The notes: a model not told the origin generated them from the sequence alone. 64,000 nt of DNA from Myxococcota bacterium (GCA_028284295.1 JANQSB010000068.1:5571-69570); one strand, 5' to 3'. Numbered from the stretch's first letter, positions 24,876 through 33,822 are shown. A program made the numbers and translations.

Positions 24876-26045
24876 TCACGGGACCGTCGGCTCTTCGCCG
24901 GGTCTCACGTTCTGGAAGCGAGCGTTCACCTCGCGGATCCCCGGCACGACCCGGGCCAGCCAGACCGCGAACGCCAGCGCCACGATCCAGCCAGGCAGGA
25001 CGAGGCCAGCCGCGATCCAGCCCGCGACGAAGAGCGGAACGCGTAGCGCCGCCCGGCGGATGCGGCGCGGAACCGTGTTCTCGCCCGCCCTCTGGTCGAA
25101 GGGCATCGGCCGCAGGAACCAGCCGTTCGCCAGCAGCAGGGTGACGAAGACCGGCCAGGGCGTCGGCGGGGTGTCCAGGCTCGGATCCGCGTCGATCGCC
25201 GCGTCGGGGGCGTCCTCCGGGTCCCGGAGCGCCGAATCGACCCGGCCCCAGACGTGATCCGGCGTCGGGCGGGCGATCGCGCCGCCCAGGTTCTGGCGAC
25301 TCGGGCGACAGCGCCAGCGGTAGAGCACCCGGCCCTCGCGGCTCAGCGCGAGCACGCCCGGCTGGAAGTAGCCCTTGGGATGGGAGACCCAGTCCCCAGC
25401 GATCCATCGGTTGTCCGGCGAGTGCTCTCCCCAGTCGTTGGTGAACAAGGAGAGCCAGCCGCGCTCGGCGCACGCGCCGGCGATCTCCTGGTGGGGATCG
25501 CCGACGTGCTCGAGGCCGGTCGCCCAGTCCTGCTCGGCGTTCTTCGCCAGGGTCTGCGGCTCGCTCGTGATCGCGTACACCTCGCCGCCTGCCGCGCGAA
25601 CCCGCTCGAGCACACCCGCCTTCGCGTAGCCGCGCAACTCGGGGCGACAGGGGGGACACCAGAAGCCGCGGTAGAAGAGGAGCACGACGAAGGCGTGACG
25701 GGGAAGAGTCCGTTCCAGCCATGCCGCGCGAACGCCGACGGGCGGGTCGAGGAGAGGCGCCGGCGAGCCCGGGTCGGTGGTGGCCTCGGCGAGGTGCGTG
25801 ACGTCGAAGCCCGACGTCGCGGGGGCGATCTCGAAACGCTCGCGCAGGCACACGTCCTGCCCGTCCTCCTGCCCGCAGAGGATCAGCTGCAGCTCGCGTG
25901 CGGCGGTACCGGCTTCCGGGGCTTCCTCCGGGTCGAGGATCCCCGTCAGCTTGAACTCGCTTCCCCGCTCGCTGGAGAACCAGGCTCGTGCGGCCTCGGC
26001 CGCGTCGGCCAGATGGGGCGGAATCGTCTCGTGGACTCGGGGCAT
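24876..26045 (-). CDS. Redoxin/AhpC-TSA-like thiol oxidoreductase (WCPPC) with a C-terminal membrane anchor, 389 aa
   Basis: ORF 24876..26171 trimmed to ATG 26045 (MPRVHETIPP...). LLFYRGFWCPPCRPELRGY motif. C-terminal TM segments (WPVFVTLLLANGWF, LFVAGWIAAGLVLPGWIVALAFAVWL). Confidence 0.7.
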   Translation of the reverse strand: MPRVHETIPPHLADAAEAARAWFSSERGSEFKLTGILDPEEAPEAGTAARELQLILCGQEDGQDVCLRERFEIAPATSGFDVTHLAEATTDPGSPAPLLDPPVGVRAAWLERTLPRHAFVVLLFYRGFWCPPCRPELRGYAKAGVLERVRAAGGEVYAITSEPQTLAKNAEQDWATGLEHVGDPHQEIAGACAERGWLSLFTNDWGEHSPDNRWIAGDWVSHPKGYFQPGVLALSREGRVLYRWRCRPSRQNLGGAIARPTPDHVWGRVDSALRDPEDAPDAAIDADPSLDTPPTPWPVFVTLLLANGWFLRPMPFDQRAGENTVPRRIRRAALRVPLFVAGWIAAGLVLPGWIVALAFAVWLARVVPGIREVNARFQNVRPGEEPTVP

Positions 26046-26188
26046 CGAGGCGGGCCTGCGACGCAGCGCGGCGAGAGCCGCGTGCCTCGGAGCCGTTCCG
26101 GACCGCGAATCCCGCTCGGCGCACCGGACTAGGTAGCACGGCGTACGCGTGCACTGGCGTTCGCGCACCACTCTCGTAGCTTGTCGCC

Positions 26189-27595
26189 GTGAGAAGGGAA
26201 ATCAGGCGCTACGTCGAGAACGACGTCACGGGGCCCGACGAGGCGCTCGACGCGGGCGACGCCGAGGCGATTCGCGCGCGATGTCGGGAGGAGTTCGAGC
26301 GCGGCATCTCGGAGCTGCTCGAAGCCGCGCCTCCGGCAGCGGTGGCGCCCCGGCGCCGACGCATGGGTCAGGAGCTGTACGCCGGGCCGCTGGGGCTGGC
26401 CTTCGGATTCCTCCACATCCACGAGCGCACCGGCGAACGGGAGGCGATCGAGCGGGCGGCCGACTACCTCGACGTCGCGCTCGAGGCGATGGAACGCTCG
26501 AGCGTGCCTCGTCCGGAAGAGTGGCTCTCGTTCCACGCGAGTGGGGGCCTCCCCGCCGTGGCTGCCGTCGTGCGCGATCGCCTCGGAGACTCGGCAGCGT
26601 CCAAGCAGCACCTCGAGGACTTCCGCCGCGTGGCGGAGTGCGCCGCGAAGACCGACTTCCCGACGGAGGACCTGCTCTGGGGAAGGGGTGGCTTCTCCAT
26701 CGGCGCCGCCTTTCTCCGCGCCCGTCTGGGTGAGGCGAGCGTCCGCGACGAGCTCGTCGCCGCCGCGCTCGCGCGCACGATCGAGACCGGGCGGCGGCAC
26801 GCACGCGAGCATGCGCCCGATCTGACTCCCGGAGCTCACGGCTGTCCGCCGCTGCTCTACATCAACTTCGACCGATTCATGATGGAGTGCTTCGCCCGCT
26901 CGGCCATGGGCTCGCGCTCCCGTCCCGCACGGGGGCTGGCCGCCGTCGCCGCGCGAGTGGTGATGTGGATCGGAGAGCGGACGGAGCATCTCTCGCATCG
27001 CTACGACATCGGTCTCGTCCATGGGCTTCCCGGAGCGCTCTATCTGATGCTGCAGTTCCCCGAGCTGCTGGCAGGGCACGCCGCCACGAACGAGGTCCGC
27101 GCCTCCCTCGACTGTCTCGCCGACTGCATCGATGCCGAGCGCGGCATGCTCGAGCTGCTGCCTTCGCGCCACTCCGAGCCGGAGAAGTGCACGGACAAGA
27201 TCCACTGGTGCAACGGAACGACGGGCGCCGTCTTCCTCTTCGCACGCGCGTACGAGCTGTTCCGCGAGCCGGCCTACCTGGACGCCGCCCGTCGCGCCGC
27301 CGAGCAGGTCTGGCGCTACGGGCTGCTGCGCAAGGGCAACGGGCTCTGCCACGGGATCGCGGGCAACGCCTACGCGTTCCTCTCGCTCTACCGCGCGAGC
27401 TCCGAGAAGCGGCAGCTCGATCGTGCTCTCCACTTCGCCCGCTTCACCTGGACGGATCGCATCACCCGGGAGCAACGGGCTTCGGATCGTCCGTGGTCGC
27501 TCTACGAGGGCCGGATGGGGACCCTCTGCTTCTACCTCGACTGTCTCGACCCCGCGCGCGCTCGTTTTCCCGCGTTCGAAGTGGACGCGCCATGA
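26189..27595 (+). CDS. Stand-alone LanC-like (LANCL-type) protein
   Basis: 468 aa. Zinc-ligand motifs HWCNGTTG and GLCHGIAGN. Terminal SLYEGRMG resembles the eukaryotic LANCL ending. Confidence 0.85.
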   Translation: MRREIRRYVENDVTGPDEALDAGDAEAIRARCREEFERGISELLEAAPPAAVAPRRRRMGQELYAGPLGLAFGFLHIHERTGEREAIERAADYLDVALEAMERSSVPRPEEWLSFHASGGLPAVAAVVRDRLGDSAASKQHLEDFRRVAECAAKTDFPTEDLLWGRGGFSIGAAFLRARLGEASVRDELVAAALARTIETGRRHAREHAPDLTPGAHGCPPLLYINFDRFMMECFARSAMGSRSRPARGLAAVAARVVMWIGERTEHLSHRYDIGLVHGLPGALYLMLQFPELLAGHAATNEVRASLDCLADCIDAERGMLELLPSRHSEPEKCTDKIHWCNGTTGAVFLFARAYELFREPAYLDAARRAAEQVWRYGLLRKGNGLCHGIAGNAYAFLSLYRASSEKRQLDRALHFARFTWTDRITREQRASDRPWSLYEGRMGTLCFYLDCLDPARARFPAFEVDAP

Positions 27596-29385
27596 GGGGC
27601 AGGACGCTCGCGTTCGTGGCGGTCGCGGGCTCCCTCCTCCTGGGTCTGTACCTCGTCTTCGGCACCGGCCCGGCGCTCCATCCTCCCTCGGATCTGTCGG
27701 ATCTGCTGGCCCTGGACGAGAGCCCCATCCGGGTGAAGGAGGTCTCGGGTCTCGAGAGCGAGCTCCGCATCGAGCGCGACGTGGCCGTCATGACTCGAGA
27801 CGGGACGCGGCTCTCGGCCAACGTCTTCCGTCCCCGGGCCCCCGGTCGGTACCCGGTGGTCATGACGATCACCGCCTACCACAAGGACGACGGACCGCGG
27901 CGCTACCCCGACCACCTGCGCAACGCGCTCGAGCCCGACTTCGACATGGGCCGCTTCGAGGTGAGTCCCTGGACGCCCTGGGAAGGACCCGACCCGGCCT
28001 ACTGGGCTGCCCGGGGCTACGCGGTGGTCACCCTCGACTCGCGCGGCTACGGCAAGTCGGGCGGTGTCGCGAGCGTGCTCAGCCTGCAGGACCGTCACGA
28101 CTTCCACGACGCCATCACCTGGGCCGGAACGCAGGACTGGAGCAACGGCAGGGTGGGGCTGACGGGCGTCTCCTACCTGGCGATCGCGCAATGGGTCGCG
28201 GCCAGCGGGGCACCGGAGCATCTCGCGGCGATCACGCCCTGGGAAGGGCAGAGCGACAACTTCCGCGAGGTGCTCTTCCACGGCGGCATCCCCGAGACCG
28301 CCTTCACCGAGTTCTGGCTCACGCGCGTACGCAGCAAGGCCAACGAGATCCGCCTGCCGCCCGCGTCCATCGTGGGCTTCGCGGGCAGGCGGCCGATGCT
28401 GATGCGCTGGCTGCAGGCGCGCTTCATGCCGCCCTCCGGCATCGCGTTGGAGGAGATCACCGTCCCGGCGCTGATCTGTGCCAGCTGGTCCGATCACGGC
28501 ATGCACACGCGCGGATCCTTCGAAGGCTTCAAGCGCATCGCCTCCGACCAGAAGTGGCTCTACACCCACGGGCAGCCGAAGTGGGCCGTCTACTACAGCG
28601 AGGAGGCGCTCGAGATGCAGAGCGCCTTCTTCGACTTCTTCCTGAAGGGGGTCGACAACGGCTTCGACGAGCGCCCCCGCGTGCGACTGGAGGTGCGCGA
28701 CAGCCTCGACCGCTACACGGTGCGCGACGCGGAGGCCTGGCCGCTGCCCGACACGGTGCTGACGCCGCTCTACCTCGATGCGGCTCGGGGAACGCTGGAG
28801 CCGAGCCGCGTGGAGTCGGCCGGAAGGCTTCGCTACCCGGCGCGCGAGGGCAGGGCGGTGTTTCGCAGGACCTTCGACACGGAGACCGAGCTGACCGGCA
28901 ACATGAAGCTGAAGCTCTGGGTCGAGGCCGACGGCGCGTCGGACATGGACCTCTTCGTGGCGGTGAAGAAGTTCGACGCCCGGGGCGAAGAGGTCACCTT
29001 CTACGGCAAGGCGGGCTACTCCCGCTCGCCGGTCGCGCTCGGCTGGCTGCGGGTGTCCCAGCGGGAGCTCGACCCGGAGCGCTCGACGCCGGCCCAGCCG
29101 GTGCTCCTGCACGAACGCGCGCTCCCGCTGGAAGCGGGCGAGGTCGTGCCGGTGGAGATCGAGATCCTGCCCAGCAGCACGCGCTTCCTGCCGGGCGAGT
29201 CGCTGGAGGTGGTGGTGCAGGGACGCGACCCCTTCGACCATCCCGCGCTGGCCCACGAGGAGACGGTCAACGCAGGCAGCCACGTGATCCATGCGGGCGG
29301 ATCCTACGACTCCCACCTCCTCGTCCCGTGGATCCCGGCGCGCCGGGCGAGCCACGCGGACGCATCGGCGGGTCCGGCGCGCTAG
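27592..29385 (+). CDS. CocE/NonD-family (S15, X-Pro dipeptidyl-peptidase-like) hydrolase with an N-terminal TM/signal segment, 597 aa
   Basis: In-frame tail of ORF 26887..29385, from ATG 27592 (ATGA overlap with the LanC-like stop). LSANVFRP...YPVVMTITAYHKD, DSRGYGKSGG, GLTGVSYLAIAQW (nucleophile Ser context). Confidence 0.85.
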   Translation: MRGRTLAFVAVAGSLLLGLYLVFGTGPALHPPSDLSDLLALDESPIRVKEVSGLESELRIERDVAVMTRDGTRLSANVFRPRAPGRYPVVMTITAYHKDDGPRRYPDHLRNALEPDFDMGRFEVSPWTPWEGPDPAYWAARGYAVVTLDSRGYGKSGGVASVLSLQDRHDFHDAITWAGTQDWSNGRVGLTGVSYLAIAQWVAASGAPEHLAAITPWEGQSDNFREVLFHGGIPETAFTEFWLTRVRSKANEIRLPPASIVGFAGRRPMLMRWLQARFMPPSGIALEEITVPALICASWSDHGMHTRGSFEGFKRIASDQKWLYTHGQPKWAVYYSEEALEMQSAFFDFFLKGVDNGFDERPRVRLEVRDSLDRYTVRDAEAWPLPDTVLTPLYLDAARGTLEPSRVESAGRLRYPAREGRAVFRRTFDTETELTGNMKLKLWVEADGASDMDLFVAVKKFDARGEEVTFYGKAGYSRSPVALGWLRVSQRELDPERSTPAQPVLLHERALPLEAGEVVPVEIEILPSSTRFLPGESLEVVVQGRDPFDHPALAHEETVNAGSHVIHAGGSYDSHLLVPWIPARRASHADASAGPAR

Positions 29386-29437
29386 CGCGACTCGGTCTCA
29401 GGGAGCTCGAACGGAGTCCTTGCCAGCCCGAGCCGGC

Positions 29438-29458
29438 TGAAGTATGAACTGAACTTCA
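29438..29458. promoter_or_regulatory. Inverted repeat TGAAGT-N9-ACTTCA abutting the TetR start codon (candidate auto-operator)
   Basis: Read directly. AT-rich patch gaagtatgaactgaacttcATG. Confidence 0.35.
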
Positions 29459-30075
29459 TGTCAGAAATTTCGATCGCGCCGGCCCCCGACGAGACCCCGG
29501 CGAACGGCCATACGACCCGGCGCCTCGAGACCCGCCGCAAGCTGCTGGAAGCGGGCGCCGAGCTCTTCGCCGAGGGCGGGGTGCGCGCCGTCACGAGCAC
29601 CCGCATCGCGCGAAGGGCCGGTGTGGCCACGGGCACCTTCTACCTCCACTTCCCCGACAAGCACGCGCTGTTCGAGGAGCTGGTGGACGCAGCCCTGGAG
29701 GAGATGCGCCCGCAGTCCGACGCCGAACGCGCCGGCTCGGGAGAGGACTCGATGCGCCGCGACCTGGAGCGGATGCTCGAGGTGGCCGCGCGCCGCCGGA
29801 ACCTGATCCGCGCCGTCTTCGACCGTGGCGAGAGCTCGGGTCTGGCCGAACGGATCCAGGACCGCATCGCGCGCGGTTTCGAGCAGCGATACGAGCGCGT
29901 GTTCCGCGAGCGCGGCATCCCGCTCCATCCGGGAGCTGCCGCCCAGGCCCGCGCGGCCGTGCTGGTTCGTGTCATCGCGTGGTGGGTCGAGGAGCCCGCA
30001 CGCGCAGAGCGAGACGAGATCGTCGACGTGTTGATGGCACTCGCCCCGGGGCGGGTGCAGGAGGAGTCCCCTTGA
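29458..30075 (+). CDS. TetR-family transcriptional regulator
   Basis: 205 aa. RRKLLEAGAELFAEGGVRAVTSTRIARRAGVATGTFYLHF. Confidence 0.9.
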   Translation: MSEISIAPAPDETPANGHTTRRLETRRKLLEAGAELFAEGGVRAVTSTRIARRAGVATGTFYLHFPDKHALFEELVDAALEEMRPQSDAERAGSGEDSMRRDLERMLEVAARRRNLIRAVFDRGESSGLAERIQDRIARGFEQRYERVFRERGIPLHPGAAAQARAAVLVRVIAWWVEEPARAERDEIVDVLMALAPGRVQEESP

Positions 30076-31400
30076 GCGAGACAGCGACCGCGCAGACCCA
30101 GCCCCTTCCGACCGGATTCCGGACCCCCGAGCAGGAGCAGGCGGCCAATGGCCGCGGTGTCGCCCCGGCCGACGAGCTGGCGCTGGAGGACCTCAACCCG
30201 CTCAACGCACACCTGTTCCGCGAGAACCGCTGGCACGGCTACTTCGAGCGCCTGCGCCGAGAGGACCCGGTCCACCTGAACGAGATCGAGACCGCCGGCC
30301 GCTACTGGTCCGTGACGAAGTACGACGACATCAAGGCGGTCAGCTCGGATTGGGAGACCTTCTCGTCGGCCCACGGAATCACCCTGGGATTCCGGGTCGG
30401 TTCCGACTCTGCGAACATGATGCAGCTGGGATCGCGTCCCCCCTTCATCTCCCAGGATCCGCCCACCCAGACCGAGCAGCGCAAGACCGTGCGACCTGCG
30501 GTGGCCCCCCGCAACCTCGCCAGGCTCGAGCCGCTCATCCGGGAGCGGACCTGCCACGTGCTCGACGCGCTGCCCGAGAACGAGAGCTTCGATTGGGTGG
30601 ATCGGGTGTCGATCGAGCTCACCACGTTGATGCTGGCGACGCTCTTCGACTTCCCGCTCGAGGATCGCCGCAAGCTGACCCGCTGGTCCGACGTCGTCTT
30701 CGCCATTCCCGAGCCCGGCGGCATCGTCGAGTCCGGCGACCAGAAGCGCGCGGAGCTGTTCGAGTGCCTCCAGTACTTCTCGCGACTCTGGGACGAGCGC
30801 CGGCAGAACCCCGGGGACGATCTCATCTCGATGCTCGCGCACGGAGAAGCCACCCGCGACCTGTCCGCCGCCGAGCACCTCGGCAACGTCCTGCTGCTCA
30901 TCGTCGGGGGCAACGACACGACCCGCAACACCATGTCGGGGAGCGTCTACTCGCTGATGCACCGCTTCCCGGATCAGGGACGCAAGCTGGTCGCGAACCC
31001 GGGCCTGATGCGGAACGCGGTGTCCGAGATCATCCGCTGGCAGACGCCCCTCAACTACATGCGCAGGACGGCGACCCGCGACTGCGAGCTGCACGGCCGG
31101 GAGATCCGGAAGCACGACCAGCTCCTGATGTGGTACGTGTCCGCCAACCGTGACGAAGAGGTCTTCGAGAACGGGGACGTCCTCGACATCGAGCGCCCGA
31201 ACGCGTCGCGGCACCTCTCCTTCGGCTACGGAATCCACTTCTGCATGGGCAGCCGGCTGGCCGAGCTGCAGCTTCGCGTGCTGTGGGAGGAGATCCTCGA
31301 GCGGTCCCTGAAAATCGAGGTGCAGGGGGAGCCGACCCGCGCCTTCTCGTCCTTCGTGAACGGGTACACGCATCTGCCTGTGGTGATTCGCCGCAGTTGA
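30072..31400 (+). CDS. Cytochrome P450, CYP153-like (terminal alkane/alkyl hydroxylase type)
   Basis: Frame of ORF 29979..31400. The probable TTG start at 30072 overlaps the TetR stop. LLLIVGGNDTTRNTMSG (CYP153-type I-helix), EIIRWQTP, and heme loop FGYGIHFCMGSRLA. Confidence 0.85.
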   Translation: MSETATAQTQPLPTGFRTPEQEQAANGRGVAPADELALEDLNPLNAHLFRENRWHGYFERLRREDPVHLNEIETAGRYWSVTKYDDIKAVSSDWETFSSAHGITLGFRVGSDSANMMQLGSRPPFISQDPPTQTEQRKTVRPAVAPRNLARLEPLIRERTCHVLDALPENESFDWVDRVSIELTTLMLATLFDFPLEDRRKLTRWSDVVFAIPEPGGIVESGDQKRAELFECLQYFSRLWDERRQNPGDDLISMLAHGEATRDLSAAEHLGNVLLLIVGGNDTTRNTMSGSVYSLMHRFPDQGRKLVANPGLMRNAVSEIIRWQTPLNYMRRTATRDCELHGREIRKHDQLLMWYVSANRDEEVFENGDVLDIERPNASRHLSFGYGIHFCMGSRLAELQLRVLWEEILERSLKIEVQGEPTRAFSSFVNGYTHLPVVIRRS

Positions 31401-31518
31401 AGTCCGGCCTTGCCCCGGTGTGCGCGTAGGCGCACGGGTCGCCAGCGGTCGAGGAACGGCGCCGCGTTCGCCATACTGATCGCGCAAGCAGCGCGAACGG
31501 GGGGACGCGGCTGTCGCC

Positions 31519-32250
31519 ATGAATTGGCTGAAGGCAATCCTGCGCAGTCTGTCGGGCAGTGCCCGGGACCTCGCCTTCATCGTGCTGGTGATCTCCTTCT
31601 TCCAGCTGGTCATCCTGCGCCAGCCCTTCCCGGACCTGGGCAAGGCGCTGGTCGGGCTGGTCCTGGTGCTCCTGGGTCTCGCGATGTTCGTGCGAGGTCT
31701 CGACCTGGGCCTCTTCCCGCTCGGTGAAGGCATGGCCCAGGCCTTCGCGCGCAAGGGGTCGCTGGGCTGGCTGCTCGCCTTCGCCTTCGCGCTGGGCTTC
31801 GGCACGACGGCTGCCGAGCCGGCACTGATCGTGATCGCCGAGGAGGCGTCGGAGGTCGCCGCGGGGGCCGGCGCCATTCTCGACACCGAGGAGGCACGCG
31901 AGCGCTACGCCCTCGGGCTGCGGCTCTCGGTCGCGCTGGCGGTCGGCGTCGGGATCGTCGTCGGCGTGTGGCGGATCCTGACCGGCTGGCCCATCCACCT
32001 CATGATCGCCGTCGGGTATCTGCTCGTGGTCGTCATGACGGTGCTGGCGCCCGAGGAGATCATCGGCATCGCGTACGACTCCGGGGGGATTACCACCTCC
32101 ACGATCACGGTGCCCCTGGTCACCGCCCTGGGTGTCGGCCTCGCGTCGTCTCTCGAGGGTCGCAACCCCGTGTCCGACGGCTTCGGGCTGATCGCGTTCG
32201 CGTCCCTGACCCCGATGATCTTCGTGATGCTGTACGGAATGCTGATCTGA
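31519..32250 (+). CDS. DUF1538 integral membrane protein (243 aa)
   Basis: Polytopic. [16 protein letters not shown] and [24 protein letters not shown] blocks typical of DUF1538. Confidence 0.8.
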   Translation: MNWLKAILRSLSGSARDLAFIVLVISFFQLVILRQPFPDLGKALVGLVLVLLGLAMFVRGLDLGLFPLGEGMAQAFARKGSLGWLLAFAFALGFGTTAAEPALIVIAEEASEVAAGAGAILDTEEARERYALGLRLSVALAVGVGIVVGVWRILTGWPIHLMIAVGYLLVVVMTVLAPEEIIGIAYDSGGITTSTITVPLVTALGVGLASSLEGRNPVSDGFGLIAFASLTPMIFVMLYGMLI

Positions 32251-33068
32251 TGGACCTGGTCGCCGAGTTCCTCGAGGTCCTGGTCGAGACGATCCGCGAC
32301 GTCCTGCCGATCGCGGCCGTGCTCGTGACCTTCCAGCTCTTCGTCCTGCGTCGTCCTCTCGCCAACCCGAGGCGCCTGGTGTTGGGCTTCGGATACGTGC
32401 TCCTCGGCCTGGTGCTCTTCCTCATGGGCCTCGAGCAGGCCGTCTTCCCGGTGGGCAAGGCCATGGCCGCGCAGTTCACGGCGCCCGGCTTCCTCGGGGT
32501 GGACCACACCGCGGCGGGCCATTCCGTCGACCCGGCGGCCTACGTCTGGCTGTACGCCTTCAGCTTCGCCATCGGGTTCAGCACCACCATGGCCGAGCCC
32601 TCCCTGATCGCCGTGACCCTCAAGGCCAAGGAGCTCTCTGCCGGTGCCATCGGCGCCTGGGGGCTGCGGGTCGCGGTGGCACTCGGCGTCGCGATCGGCA
32701 TCACCCTGGGCGTCTATCGAATCGTGATCGGCGTGCCCCTGCAGTACTTCATCATGACGGGCTACGTCGTGGTCATCGTCCAGACGATGTTCGCCCCCAA
32801 GCTGATCGTCCCGCTGGCCTACGATTCGGGGGGCGTCACGACCTCGACGATCACGGTGCCTCTGGTGGCCGGCCTGGGACTCGGGCTCGCGGAGTCGATC
32901 CCCGGCCGCAGCCCCCTCATCGACGGCTTCGGCCTCATCGCCTTCGCCAGTCTCTTTCCGATGATCACCGTCATGGGATACGCCCAGGCCTCCGAGTGGC
33001 GCGCGGCTCGCAAGCGCTCGCCCGACGCCACGAGCGATCCCGCAACCCCCGAGGAGAGTCCATCATGA
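32250..33068 (+). CDS. DUF1538 integral membrane protein, paralog (272 aa)
   Basis: In-frame tail of ORF 31968..33068, from ATG 32250 (TGATG overlap). FSTTMAEPSLIAVTLKAKE and [24 protein letters not shown]. Confidence 0.8.
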   Translation: MDLVAEFLEVLVETIRDVLPIAAVLVTFQLFVLRRPLANPRRLVLGFGYVLLGLVLFLMGLEQAVFPVGKAMAAQFTAPGFLGVDHTAAGHSVDPAAYVWLYAFSFAIGFSTTMAEPSLIAVTLKAKELSAGAIGAWGLRVAVALGVAIGITLGVYRIVIGVPLQYFIMTGYVVVIVQTMFAPKLIVPLAYDSGGVTTSTITVPLVAGLGLGLAESIPGRSPLIDGFGLIAFASLFPMITVMGYAQASEWRAARKRSPDATSDPATPEESPS

Positions 33069-33418
33069 GGTTCAAGCTGCTGGTCGCCTTCGTCGACGAT
33101 CACCTGACGGAGGCCATTACGGAGGCTGCCCGGGAAGCCGGAGCCACGGGCGCCACCGTGGTGTCGAGCGCTCGCGGCGAAGGCCTCGAGAAGAAGCGCA
33201 CCTTCCTCGGCCTGAGTCTCGAGACTCAGCGCGATATGGTCCTGCTTCTCGTGGAGGAGCACCGGGCGCGGCACATCCTGGAGACGGTCGGGAACGCGGG
33301 CGAATTCGACGCCAGCTCGGGCACCGGAATCGCGTTCCAGGTGGATGTGGAAGATGCGGTCGGAGTGGCGCATCAGGTGAAGGACATCACTCCGACGCTG
33401 GAGAAGGAGGAGCTATGA
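33065..33418 (+). CDS. PII-like signal-transduction protein (117 aa)
   Basis: ATG 33065 (ATGA overlap). MRFKLLVAFVDDHLTEAITEAAREAGATGATVVSSARGEG... shows the beta-alpha-beta PII pattern. Confidence 0.75.
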   Translation: MRFKLLVAFVDDHLTEAITEAAREAGATGATVVSSARGEGLEKKRTFLGLSLETQRDMVLLLVEEHRARHILETVGNAGEFDASSGTGIAFQVDVEDAVGVAHQVKDITPTLEKEEL

Positions 33419-33822
33419 CGGACAAGAAGATCGTGCGCGTCGAGGACGTGATGCAGCGCGACTACGCGATCATCGACGGGGTCGCCACGGTCGCCGAGGC
33501 ACTGGCGGTCCTGCGGGAGAAGGAGCTGCACTTCCTGATCGTCGCCAAGCGCCACGCCGACGACGAGTACGGCATGGTGATGGCTGCCGACATCGCGAAG
33601 CAGGTCCTCGCGCCCAATCGTTCGCCCGAGCGCACGAACGTCTACGAGATCATGGCCAAGCCCGTGCTCTCCGTGAAGCCGGAGATGGACATCCGCTACT
33701 GCGCCCGGCTCTTCCACCGATTCGGAATCTCCGCCGCCCCGGTGATCAAGAACGACGAGGTGCAGGGAATCGTCGCCTACGACCAGCTGGTGCTGAAGGG
33801 GCTGGCCGATGTCCAGAGCTAG
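33415..33822 (+). CDS. CBS-pair domain protein (135 aa)
   Basis: VRVEDVMQRDYAIIDGVATVAEAL...EIMAKPVLSVKPEMDIRYCARLFHRFGISAAPVIKNDEVQGIV shows two CBS motifs. ATGA overlap with the PII-like gene. Confidence 0.85.
   Translation: MTDKKIVRVEDVMQRDYAIIDGVATVAEALAVLREKELHFLIVAKRHADDEYGMVMAADIAKQVLAPNRSPERTNVYEIMAKPVLSVKPEMDIRYCARLFHRFGISAAPVIKNDEVQGIVAYDQLVLKGLADVQS

Noticed and set aside
20907-26154. 719-aa (20907..23066) and 992-aa (23176..26154) minus-strand ORFs
   Set aside because: They are antisense or off-frame to well-supported genes (fucosidase, kinase, tautomerases, crotonase, redoxin), with Arg/Pro/Gly-dominated composition.
26189-27595. Possible lanthipeptide biosynthetic cluster around the LanC-like gene
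   Set aside because: No precursor-like small ORF with a Cys/Ser/Thr-rich core, no LanB/LanM/LanKC dehydratase, and no exporter or protease within 10 kb on either side. It is treated as a stand-alone LanC-like gene.
33065-33418. PII-like gene as canonical GlnB/GlnK
   Set aside because: There is no amtB, glnA or glnD neighbour, and the T-loop region differs from the GlnB consensus as I remember it. The gene is overlap-coupled to DUF1538 genes, so it is called PII-like only.
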